Below, piece by piece: positions 10,330 to 19,176 of a DNA stretch of 64,000 bases (positions are counted from its first letter, which is position 1; every line of letters starts with the position of its first letter). The stretch lies in IMG/VR virus record IMGVR_UViG_3300009314_000001. One strand, given 5' to 3'. Both the position numbers and the translations under genes were made by a program. Below the pieces are notes generated by a model, which saw only the letters and a program-made list of their open reading frames with translations, was not told where the DNA came from and made no database searches. Origin of the DNA: a virus (taxonomy: Duplodnaviria > Caudoviricetes).

Positions 10330-11924
10330 GTCCCTTTATATCCTGTATTTTCATAGTAGTAACTGGTTTTGCGCTCTCCCTCTATAATTACTTCATTGAA
10401 GCCAACTACGTTACCTGTACTACCTCCTAATTCACCTGACGGTAATATATTGTTGGCGGGTCCATATAAATCTACATGGGATACACCATCAACCGCCTCA
10501 ATCACTTCAATCAAATTAGAAGTATATAATGGCTCACCTAAATCCCAATTAGTAATATTAAAGAAATTAGTAATAGCCGCCTCTACCCGTTGTTTCACCA
10601 CCGAAGCATCGGCGTTACGACCGACAACAACATTCATATCAATGTCGATCGCTTTTACGCTCCCATCAAGCACAACCACATGATCCGTCAAGACATTCAA
10701 ATCGCTGAAATATGTCTCCAGACCGGCCTTCAAACCAGCATTCGGGGCTGCCGGAATATTATCAGGACCTTCCGCCAAGACATATATCTCTATTCTATTA
10801 GCATTCAATCCCGTGCGGATAGTAGCAATAGCCTTACTAACAGATCCATAAACAGGATGTGAAAAAGTAGAAGCAATCTGTGCATAATCCTCGGCAGTAA
10901 CTATGCTTCGCTGTGTCGCAAATTCCCTCGGAGCACGTCTCTTAGCATTCGCTAGGCTCTCCTTATCAGCCCCACCACTAGATGCTGATATATTCCTAAA
11001 CCGTACACTAACCGAAGCATTTGCTGGCGGCAATGGTGTAATAGGTCTAGCAGAATCAACCTGACCAACACCAATTCTCCCTCGAATACCGCCACCAACT
11101 CTATACCTGAATTGAATCTGAGCGCCGGATGGCGGTGACATACCTGTTATATCATCGCCAAAACGGAATGTCACACTATCACCTATGAATATAGCCTCTA
11201 CAACTTTATCGTTCGGGCCATATCGCTCAATAGGTTCAGTTATTACCGTCCATTCTTCCTCCGTCGAGCCAACTGTTACGGTGACAAATATAGGCTCTTC
11301 AAGAACATTAGGTTCGTCAATAGTAAATCGCTGATTAGTACCACCAGCACTCGTAACCGTTACAGGACTTGCAAATTGACCCTCGAGACCCCATGCCACT
11401 ACACCGCGTTTCCCAGCAGGTATGACAATATTACTAGTCCAATCATTAGGTGCTCTATAGACCTCATATGTGACTACCTGTTGGTCTATACCATTGGTAG
11501 TGAATGAAAGGCCTGGTGTAACAACGACATCTGTGAATGTTGGTTGGTCGACTGAAATTTCAATATCAACAATTGCTGGAGTTTGTCGTCGGATTTTCTG
11601 GTTTATCAGCGCTAAATGATTAACCACAGCTCTCTCAGTCTTAGCAGTACCTATAAAGCTTTCATTGGCTAATATATCACCCCTCAATGCGATTTTTCCA
11701 ACTTCGGCTGCAACGATTTCGGTCAACATCATCATACCATTACTGGCAATGAAGTCATTGAAATCGTCTGGCCAATATGTCTTGATATACTCAATAATAG
11801 CACGCCTAGCCATAGTAAAGTCAAGCGCACTAAAATCAAATCTCCTGAGAGTTGAAGGCGGTAATAACACACCAAACTGTTCAGGTGATGATGGTAGATC
11901 AAATAGTGTTTCTTCTGTTGTCAT
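10326..11924 (-). CDS. Baseplate wedge protein (T4 gp6 / baseplate J-like)
   Basis: FSALDFTMARRAIIEYIKTYWPDDFNDF, YRVGGGIRG, GGADKESL..AKRRAP, RSIVTAEDY. Confidence 0.88.
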   Translation of the reverse strand: MTTEETLFDLPSSPEQFGVLLPPSTLRRFDFSALDFTMARRAIIEYIKTYWPDDFNDFIASNGMMMLTEIVAAEVGKIALRGDILANESFIGTAKTERAVVNHLALINQKIRRQTPAIVDIEISVDQPTFTDVVVTPGLSFTTNGIDQQVVTYEVYRAPNDWTSNIVIPAGKRGVVAWGLEGQFASPVTVTSAGGTNQRFTIDEPNVLEEPIFVTVTVGSTEEEWTVITEPIERYGPNDKVVEAIFIGDSVTFRFGDDITGMSPPSGAQIQFRYRVGGGIRGRIGVGQVDSARPITPLPPANASVSVRFRNISASSGGADKESLANAKRRAPREFATQRSIVTAEDYAQIASTFSHPVYGSVSKAIATIRTGLNANRIEIYVLAEGPDNIPAAPNAGLKAGLETYFSDLNVLTDHVVVLDGSVKAIDIDMNVVVGRNADASVVKQRVEAAITNFFNITNWDLGEPLYTSNLIEVIEAVDGVSHVDLYGPANNILPSGELGGSTGNVVGFNEVIIEGERKTSYYYENTGYKGT

Positions 11925-12310
11925 GGCCCACTCGCATAACCTAAAAATTGGTCTACTGTTACGAATTGTTCAGGATCATTACGAAGTTGTGCTACTACAT
12001 GAATTGTCATACCATGATTTTCTTCATCTATTTCCAAATTCACTTCCACTTCTGATAATCTTTTATCATTTTCCAGCAAACCATTCCTAATCTCACCCTC
12101 TAATTGCAGAGAAGTATTCACATCATTTGGTTCAAAGATCATATCTCTCAAATGTACACCGAAATTAGGTCTCATCACCCTTTCACCAGGTATAGTCATC
12201 AAGAACTGTAATATATCATTCTTAATTAATTGATGGTCCTCCTGACGGGACATTATATTCTGTGCTCCTCCTATGAAGGGCGGATTAAACCCCCAAAAAG
12301 TGGCGGTCAT
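11921..12310 (-). CDS. Baseplate gp25/GPW-like protein
   Basis: ILQFLMTIPGERVMRPNFGVHLRDMIFEP signature. Confidence 0.88.
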   Translation of the reverse strand: MTATFWGFNPPFIGGAQNIMSRQEDHQLIKNDILQFLMTIPGERVMRPNFGVHLRDMIFEPNDVNTSLQLEGEIRNGLLENDKRLSEVEVNLEIDEENHGMTIHVVAQLRNDPEQFVTVDQFLGYASGP

Positions 12311-13022
12311 TACACAACTCCTGGTACATTTGTACTTTGTACCATTGTGAATTATCGCTCGTTGCGATTGTTCTCACCAAATGACAATTGGTACAACGAA
12401 CATCACACTTCGCAATTTCTTCTTCGATTAATTCCCATCGCCGATCGCAAAAATTTAAGCTGATCGTGAATAATTTCTCTCCTCTGACATGATCGAATTC
12501 GAGCACGACCGGATCAGATTCTCCACAATCAACACATGAATGTTGTTCCAAATATTGTCTGATTTTTTGTCTTTTTTTAAGAAGCCATGGTTTGTTCTTA
12601 TATGATTTTTGCCATATTTCACCATTTTGCCTGGTCTTCCTCATATGACAATTGCCACATATCACATCGCATTTTGCTACTTCTCGCTTTAGATCTTCTA
12701 AGGATTTCTCCCTAATTTCTGCACCAATCCCAAACAGCTTCTCGCCGCGAACATGATCAAATTGCAAAATAAATGGGTTCGATTCTCCACACACACATTC
12801 ATGATTGCTTAGATAATCGAATAAAAATTTTGCTTTTTCTAACCTCCGTTCTCTTCGACGTGCATTATATTGTTGTCTATATTCTGGCCGCGCGGCTAAT
12901 TGGCTTCTAGTCTTATTCATACATTCTTTGCATGTACCTCGCCGCTTACGAATCCCTTTATCATACCTAAAAGCAAAGTCATTTTCTTTTTTGGCAATAC
13001 CACATTTAGAACAAATCTTCAT
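12285..13022 (-). mobile_element. Free-standing HNH homing endonuclease with two tandem HNH/Zn modules
   Basis: N-terminal CSKC..CKEC. Twice C..CGE....L.FDHVRGEK......KCDV.C.NCH. AT-rich; inserted upstream of the gp25-like gene. Confidence 0.8.
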
Positions 13023-13065
13023 AGCAAACCTTTTTGGATTGAATCCTCCTGTACTTAGGTTTGCT
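13023..13065 (-). promoter_or_regulatory. Translation-inhibitory hairpin in front of the HNH start, containing a late-promoter-like motif
   Basis: Minus strand AGCAAACCT-aagtacaggaggattcaatccaaaa-AGGTTTGCT-ATG: a perfect 9-bp stem ending at the ATG. CAAACCTA lies in the 5' arm. Confidence 0.6.
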
Positions 13066-13072
13066 CAGAAGG

Positions 13073-13807
13073 TCATTTCAGCACCGTCGCCACCTTTCGC
13101 AGATCATTGAGCAATTCTGAGGCTTCACTGGCGTATGCATTAGCATTGGTAATAGCCATATCTAATGCTTGCTGTGCCTCCATCCTTTTTCGTTCAAATT
13201 TAGTAATCAATTCAGAGATTTCATGGTCAACTCCCGAATTATCGATAATAGCTTGCAATGCTGCTATATTCCTATTAGCCTCATTTATCAATTTCTGATT
13301 AGTACTAATATCTATTTCGGCATCAGAACGTAATACCCGTAATTGATTCAATCTGGTACTTAGTTGGTCATGAGCTATCAATGACTTATCATTTATCAGC
13401 TGAATTTCCTCGGAGGAAATTCCAAGTGTATCGTAATCAAAGACGTTAGTATCATGTTGTGCTTCTGTCTCATCAGCAACTAGCATTGGGCTCACACTTT
13501 GAGCAGCAGATTCATCGCCAAATTCAAGGATCTGTCCAACTTCGTATTGTCTTGCCGTATTGCCCACTTGGTCTCGGCTAGCCTTATTCACAGTAAAGGC
13601 TAGACCACCAAGAGCACCTCTTCTATTAACAAGGGTGGTTTCTTCTACAATCCTTCGCCTACGTTGTATACCAATTGCTATTTTGGGAAATAAAAGACTA
13701 GTCCTAGGTGGTTCGCTGTTACTGATCGTAAATGTTACGTTACCACCATCATCGGGCTCTTGTGGTAGGACATTATTATATAATGCTGTTGGATATGTTA
13801 CTATCAT
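13073..13807 (-). CDS. Hypothetical baseplate-region protein with coiled-coil C-terminus
   Basis: 244 aa; ATGA-coupled to the gp5-like gene. Confidence 0.6.
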   Translation of the reverse strand: MIVTYPTALYNNVLPQEPDDGGNVTFTISNSEPPRTSLLFPKIAIGIQRRRRIVEETTLVNRRGALGGLAFTVNKASRDQVGNTARQYEVGQILEFGDESAAQSVSPMLVADETEAQHDTNVFDYDTLGISSEEIQLINDKSLIAHDQLSTRLNQLRVLRSDAEIDISTNQKLINEANRNIAALQAIIDNSGVDHEISELITKFERKRMEAQQALDMAITNANAYASEASELLNDLRKVATVLK

Positions 13808-15942
13808 TCGACTTCTTCTGCTTCTTCATAGGGCTTGTTATAGGTCTTGGCCCTATCAGTTGGTTCCATCTTAGTTGGTACTTGTGTGTTTTCTTTCCTA
13901 GTCACAGGATCACCACCAGTACTCTCAACAAAGGCTTGTGCCTTGATAATAGCATTCGTTTCGATTAATTGTGATGATCCACGCCATGTCATCCTAGTCT
14001 GACCGGCATGGAAATAGATGCCATCTTCGGATTTGACATATACTTTTTCGTCGGCTTGGACGTGTACATCCTTTCTCGAGATAATATTAACTTCCTTCCC
14101 AACGTATATTTCAACAACACCAACTGGTTCATTATTTTCAAAATCGTAATTGTATATTACTATTTTTCTTTGTCGTTCATCGAACCATTGGTACATGCCA
14201 TAATTATCTCTACCACGCCATATACCAAGTCCATATTTCTTACTAAACCACATCCCCCGATGCTGAGCATCAACAAGTTCTACCCAAGCACCATCACCCT
14301 TCATCCCATCGCGTGCCTCTAAACCCTGATGGACATCTAAGCTGTCCGCTTGATTGGCTGGTTGATCTGGTTTTGGGCCTTTACCAGCCCGTGTTTTGAA
14401 TCTAATATACTCATTATCATAGTCTATCTTGAGATGATGAGAAGTATGTTCCGGATCTCTTAGCATCATCGGTTTACGCAGAAACTCATTATCCTTGATA
14501 TGTTGCCATTTTCTGACCCAACCCCTACCGAGTGATGAAGCTATCATAACATATTGATATCTGTCATTTATTTCGACGGCTTGCCCTATAGGCGAACCCC
14601 AACTAGTATGATTAGCATCATCGCGCTCATTAAATTCCCAATAGAATCCTCTAGGATTACCAGTTTTATCATTCTTCTTCGAACCAGGCGATCGCCTACC
14701 CTTGATAAGAAGACCTACACCTCTAGGCGACTCCTTACCCCTGGCATCCTTATCATCACTACCACGATCGTCAAAGACGAGCTTTATACCGTATCTAGTA
14801 ACAAATCGTATCCATCTAGCATCACGGTCGCCCCAGTATTCATCCTCTTTCTCACTCTTAGGACCAACATCCTCTATAAGCTTTCTCTTGACAAACTTGT
14901 CATCTTGTGGATGGAAACCTTTATCACAGGCCTGAAATAACATTCCACCTTTAGTGCGTAGTTTTATCCACCGAAAATCATTTTTACTTTCCTCGGATAG
15001 TACTCTAGGCTCATCATATTCACCATCCCTGGACTTAGACTCTATAGGACCTTTCTGTGCCCAACCAGTATCACGCATCTCGAAGAGATGGCCATATCGC
15101 GTAAGCATTCCTTGCCGTCGTTGATCACCATTCTCATCGGAGGACTTTGATACACCCTCATTCAAGAGTTTCTGAAGATATAGCCATCTTTTAGTCTCAA
15201 ATTGCTCATCTTCCTTGAAGTCGCCCTTAAACTCTCCTTTATCTCCGTTCTTCTGCCAGTAATATCCCTGGTCACCCATTATATAGATCATACCATACTT
15301 AGTGACCCTAGCCATATACTTCTGATCTGGATCATTTACCTCTGGTTTCTTAGTCTGCTGTTCAAATTCTGACCCTTGGACAGCATCATGATCTGGCGGG
15401 GGTGGTTTCTCTTTGTGCTCTATAGGATAATATCCAGTTGATGAATGTATATCTAGATTACCATACCTATCCTGCCATCCATGCGACATAGGACGTCTAT
15501 CTTTTGGTAGGTAATCCTCATCATAGTCCTGAGGTTTTTGAGCTGGTTTTCCCTCATCGTCTACGGGTACAGGAGTCTCAGTATTAGTACCTGGATAAGT
15601 ATACCGTTTCCGCCGGGTCGGATCTGCAAATCCTGTCCATATTGGACCATATGGATGTTGCTTCTCGAATTCTATCCACACCCAATCACCTATCATAGGA
15701 TGGGTAAATCTACCAGCACGAAACCCTCCCAAGTCCGTAGCAGGGACAGCCCATGGACAATCTCCGGCAAACATATCATAATCGTGCATTTCTGGGCATT
15801 TAAACCTGATCCGTCGCATATTCAACGGATCATTAGTTTCCACTACCAATGCACGATATTGGCCAGGAAAACGTTCCCACAAAGTTTTTGTGCGTTGTTT
15901 AAAGAATGATTGCCATGCAACTTTTATATTATCAGTAGCCAT
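13804..15942 (-). CDS. Baseplate spike/hub, gp5/VgrG-like OB-fold protein
   Basis: ALVVETNDPLNMRRIRFKCPEMH...PMIGDWVWIEFEKQHPYGPIWTG OB-fold. Start set at ATG 15942 after AGGAGG (track start 16014). Confidence 0.8.
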   Translation of the reverse strand: MATDNIKVAWQSFFKQRTKTLWERFPGQYRALVVETNDPLNMRRIRFKCPEMHDYDMFAGDCPWAVPATDLGGFRAGRFTHPMIGDWVWIEFEKQHPYGPIWTGFADPTRRKRYTYPGTNTETPVPVDDEGKPAQKPQDYDEDYLPKDRRPMSHGWQDRYGNLDIHSSTGYYPIEHKEKPPPPDHDAVQGSEFEQQTKKPEVNDPDQKYMARVTKYGMIYIMGDQGYYWQKNGDKGEFKGDFKEDEQFETKRWLYLQKLLNEGVSKSSDENGDQRRQGMLTRYGHLFEMRDTGWAQKGPIESKSRDGEYDEPRVLSEESKNDFRWIKLRTKGGMLFQACDKGFHPQDDKFVKRKLIEDVGPKSEKEDEYWGDRDARWIRFVTRYGIKLVFDDRGSDDKDARGKESPRGVGLLIKGRRSPGSKKNDKTGNPRGFYWEFNERDDANHTSWGSPIGQAVEINDRYQYVMIASSLGRGWVRKWQHIKDNEFLRKPMMLRDPEHTSHHLKIDYDNEYIRFKTRAGKGPKPDQPANQADSLDVHQGLEARDGMKGDGAWVELVDAQHRGMWFSKKYGLGIWRGRDNYGMYQWFDERQRKIVIYNYDFENNEPVGVVEIYVGKEVNIISRKDVHVQADEKVYVKSEDGIYFHAGQTRMTWRGSSQLIETNAIIKAQAFVESTGGDPVTRKENTQVPTKMEPTDRAKTYNKPYEEAEEVE

Positions 15943-15953
15943 AGGACCTCCTA

Positions 15954-16652
15954 ATGACTTATGTACAAGCATCGGCCCGTATACCATTATCTTCACGCTC
16001 AAATCATAAAACAATTCCTATCGGAACTAAATTTGGATTTTTAGAAATCACCTCAACACCATTCAAGCGTCATGAAATTAAGAACAGAGTATTCTATGAA
16101 TGTAAATGCTATAAATGCGGAAAACAAACAGTTGTAAGAAGTAGTCATTTAACAGATACTCAAAGTTGCGGTTGCATCACCAAAAGGAATGGCCCTAGAA
16201 TCTGTAAGATCTGTAATAAATCAGAAGAAGAAGTACCATTCCCAAGACAAAGCAAAGTATTATATTGTTCTAAGCATGATGCTGAACGTAACAAACCAAT
16301 GAGAGAAAAAGCAAGAAAAAAATGGTTAAAGAATATTGAAGCATCTCCAGAAAGATTTCTGAAATATATGCTTGGGCATACACAAAAACGTAAATCTAAG
16401 AAAGGTTGGTATATTACTATTAATGATGTTCTAGCACTTTGGGAGCATCAATGTGGCCGTTGTGCTATTACTGGAATCCCAATGCAACATATTAGAAAAT
16501 CACCATATTCTATATCAATCGATAGAATTGATTCGTCAAAAGGTTATATTGCATCCAATATCCAACTAGTTTGCTATTGTATAAATCTTGCAAAAAATGT
16601 ATTCTCTGATCAAGAAATTCGGCAATTTTTCAGCACAATCAAACAATCTTAG
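15954..16652 (+). mobile_element. HNH/His-Me-finger homing endonuclease with N-terminal Zn-ribbon
   Basis: GTKFGFLEI..CKC.KCG..SCGC and GRCAITGIPM..SIDRIDSSKGY..NIQLVC..IN.AK. AT-rich; antisense within the tail operon. Confidence 0.8.
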
Positions 16653-16929
16653 ATTTATCAATGGGGTATCTAGTGCGTATTGTTGCACGTTCGGCAACAA
16701 GTTCCTTATATGCCGATCGCATTAGAATAGGGCAATTTTGTCTCAACCAACGAATTCTCGACTCCAAAGATAAACTGGTCAGAGTATTAACTATTTTCTT
16801 ACGATACGCATCAGGAATTTTATCCGTTTCTAACCCACATAATTTCCCTGATCGCTTACCAAGTAAGAGGAATAGTATATATCTAGAAGTACCATTTTTC
16901 TTAGTGTAATCAATCCAGAGTAATTCCAT
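16639..16929 (-). CDS. Hypothetical protein
   Basis: 96-aa ORF; no family recognised. Confidence 0.5.
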   Translation of the reverse strand: MELLWIDYTKKNGTSRYILFLLLGKRSGKLCGLETDKIPDAYRKKIVNTLTSLSLESRIRWLRQNCPILMRSAYKELVAERATIRTRYPIDKSKIV

Positions 16930-18238
16930 GGCAGGCTCCAGACCAGTCTCAAAAGCTCGGCCGCAACTAAAGCTTATATTCGAATTAGGTGATGTATCTA
17001 ATGACGATTTCGGCTACAGGTTAATGAAATTCGAATTCAAAGCAATGGTGAATGGAGGATACATTGTACGAACTAAGCTTGGTGATCCTAATTACAATTT
17101 ACTAACCAAACTGATCGAGAATGGATATTTAGATAAATCACGACGCGAAGCTGTCTATTGTAAATTTCAAATAAAAGCCGGTGAAGACGGTGAAAACCCA
17201 AAATCCGCCACCAAAGAACAAAGAGCAATTATATTATCGCTACATGCACTAGGCGGCCCACCAGATCAAGGTGCATTAGAATTTATAGCAATTGATCCAC
17301 CATCATGGTACCTCAATAAAGGATTGGCGGCCGGAACAGTATATGAAGGCAAGGTTAGTAATGTTATCGAACAAGTAGTAAGTGAATATGCACCTAAGAT
17401 TAGTTTAGATATAGGAGAAACCATTGATTCTGATAAGAATAAATGGTGGATGATGCGACAAGATCCAAGAACATTCATCTCATCACTGACTGGTTGGTCA
17501 TCTTCCGTTACTAAAAACAAAACTCAATGGTTGATAGCAGCTAATGGCGATGAACTCACTATCAAAGAACAAGCTGACATACCATCCAAACCAAGAGCAT
17601 ATTATGCTAACACTAAATTAAAACAAGCACATGATACTATTAGAAATTGGGAATTGCTCGCAGATAACGCACTATCATTAGTACAGACTAAGATTATTAC
17701 ACAAGGGTGCTCAGCAATATCTGGTGAATATCTCGATAAAATAACTGATAAACAAGAACAGAAATTGGTAGTTAAGGATAAAAGAACGAGCAGTAAACAA
17801 ATAGCCAAAGTCAAATCGAAGAGATCATTTAAAAAGCCACCAGAAGAAGGTGAAGACAAAGAAGTAGCTGGATGGTCTAGTGTCCTAACAGTACCAGAAA
17901 TCTATTCTGCCGGTGATCTAGGACTGATTTATGGTGAATATATGGATGGCCGTCCCAGAACAATGTGGCTGAATATGGTTAATAGTCTATTGAGATGCAA
18001 GTTCCAAGTAATGGGACACGGAGAATGGTCAAGCTGTGAAGGACTAGGAACGGATACTATCTTTATACATTGGGGAGCTGAACCAAATGATCAGACTGGT
18101 GAATTCTGGTTTATGCATGGTAATTGGTTAATTTATGGCTTCCATCACATACTAACGCGTAGAAAATGGTATACAGACGTGTACGCTGCTAGATTCGACT
18201 TTGATGCTAGTGCCAAAAAAGTTGGAGAAGGCAGTTAG
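16928..18238 (+). CDS. Baseplate hub protein (gp27 / late control D-like)
   Basis: YEGKVSNVIEQVV, WWMMRQDPRTFI, GNWLIYGFHHIL. Located between the gp53-like and gp5-like genes. Confidence 0.65.
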   Translation: MAGSRPVSKARPQLKLIFELGDVSNDDFGYRLMKFEFKAMVNGGYIVRTKLGDPNYNLLTKLIENGYLDKSRREAVYCKFQIKAGEDGENPKSATKEQRAIILSLHALGGPPDQGALEFIAIDPPSWYLNKGLAAGTVYEGKVSNVIEQVVSEYAPKISLDIGETIDSDKNKWWMMRQDPRTFISSLTGWSSSVTKNKTQWLIAANGDELTIKEQADIPSKPRAYYANTKLKQAHDTIRNWELLADNALSLVQTKIITQGCSAISGEYLDKITDKQEQKLVVKDKRTSSKQIAKVKSKRSFKKPPEEGEDKEVAGWSSVLTVPEIYSAGDLGLIYGEYMDGRPRTMWLNMVNSLLRCKFQVMGHGEWSSCEGLGTDTIFIHWGAEPNDQTGEFWFMHGNWLIYGFHHILTRRKWYTDVYAARFDFDASAKKVGEGS

Positions 18239-18555
18239 AGTTCAGTAATAACTAATCTGCTTATAGGATATTCTATTGTATCACCAGCCCTAGGCCAATT
18301 AAGTACATCTCTCGTCCCATTAAATGCTATTATTACCCATGCTAAATGTGGGTTATCATATACTTGATTAGCTATTAAATCAGGTCGGCCCTCAAGAGCA
18401 CTTGTTACTTTAAATTTCTTTATATGATCATCAACAGGACGTTCTATTAGATATGATGGCATAGTCCATGTACCAAATGTTTCTACGCCATCCTCCAATA
18501 TCAATTCTGTATTGGTAAATCGACTTGTATCTGGTATAGTAGCCATTAATACCAA
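18235..18555 (-). CDS. LysM-like baseplate protein (gp53 / tail X-like)
   Basis: EGRPDLIANQVYDNPHLAWVIIAFN. Confidence 0.75.
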   Translation of the reverse strand: MVLMATIPDTSRFTNTELILEDGVETFGTWTMPSYLIERPVDDHIKKFKVTSALEGRPDLIANQVYDNPHLAWVIIAFNGTRDVLNWPRAGDTIEYPISRLVITEL

Positions 18556-19172
18556 TCCGGTGCTACAAACTCCTCAAGTTCTCTAATATCTAAATCAGGT
18601 TCTTCAGCACCACTATAACCTCTCTGTGTCCATAATCTTAGATCAGCTGTAATATCAGTACGTAATGGGAAAGCACCATTTGCACCTTCTGGCATCACTA
18701 ATGTTTCACCATATTTTATATCAACACCCTTCATACGTCCTGTCATCTTTTTACTACCACCTATACACCAAAATTTAAAATCTATAGACAATTGCGTAGG
18801 TCTAGTTTGATGATCAGTTAATATTGCAAAATAGCCACGTAAAGTCCTAACCATTTTTGTAATGCGTTTTATAGACCACCCATTACCACCAGGTTTATCT
18901 GCATCTACTATATAAGTCCACCTCATAGATATTTCTCTAGGACCTGCTGTGGCAAATTCTGCTATTTGTGTTTCACCACGTAAGTCACCTTCAGCCCAAT
19001 TGCCCTTTCTACTATCACTTGTTATTTTCGGAGGAAATTGAAATTCTATCAAACCAGTAGAAGCTGCACCTCCGCCACCACAACCCACTGGCGGACTTGT
19101 ACGATGTACTTGCATTTTCAAAAGAAATGCATCAGTTAGATCTCTATCGTGTTGTGCATACATTACAGGCAT
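18546..19172 (-). CDS. Tail tube initiator (gp48/gp54-like, CIS-tube-like)
   Basis: IEFQFPPKITSDSRKGNW..GPREISMRWTY. Directly follows the tape measure. Confidence 0.6.
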   Translation of the reverse strand: MPVMYAQHDRDLTDAFLLKMQVHRTSPPVGCGGGGAASTGLIEFQFPPKITSDSRKGNWAEGDLRGETQIAEFATAGPREISMRWTYIVDADKPGGNGWSIKRITKMVRTLRGYFAILTDHQTRPTQLSIDFKFWCIGGSKKMTGRMKGVDIKYGETLVMPEGANGAFPLRTDITADLRLWTQRGYSGAEEPDLDIRELEEFVAPDWY

Positions 19173-19176
19173 TAGT

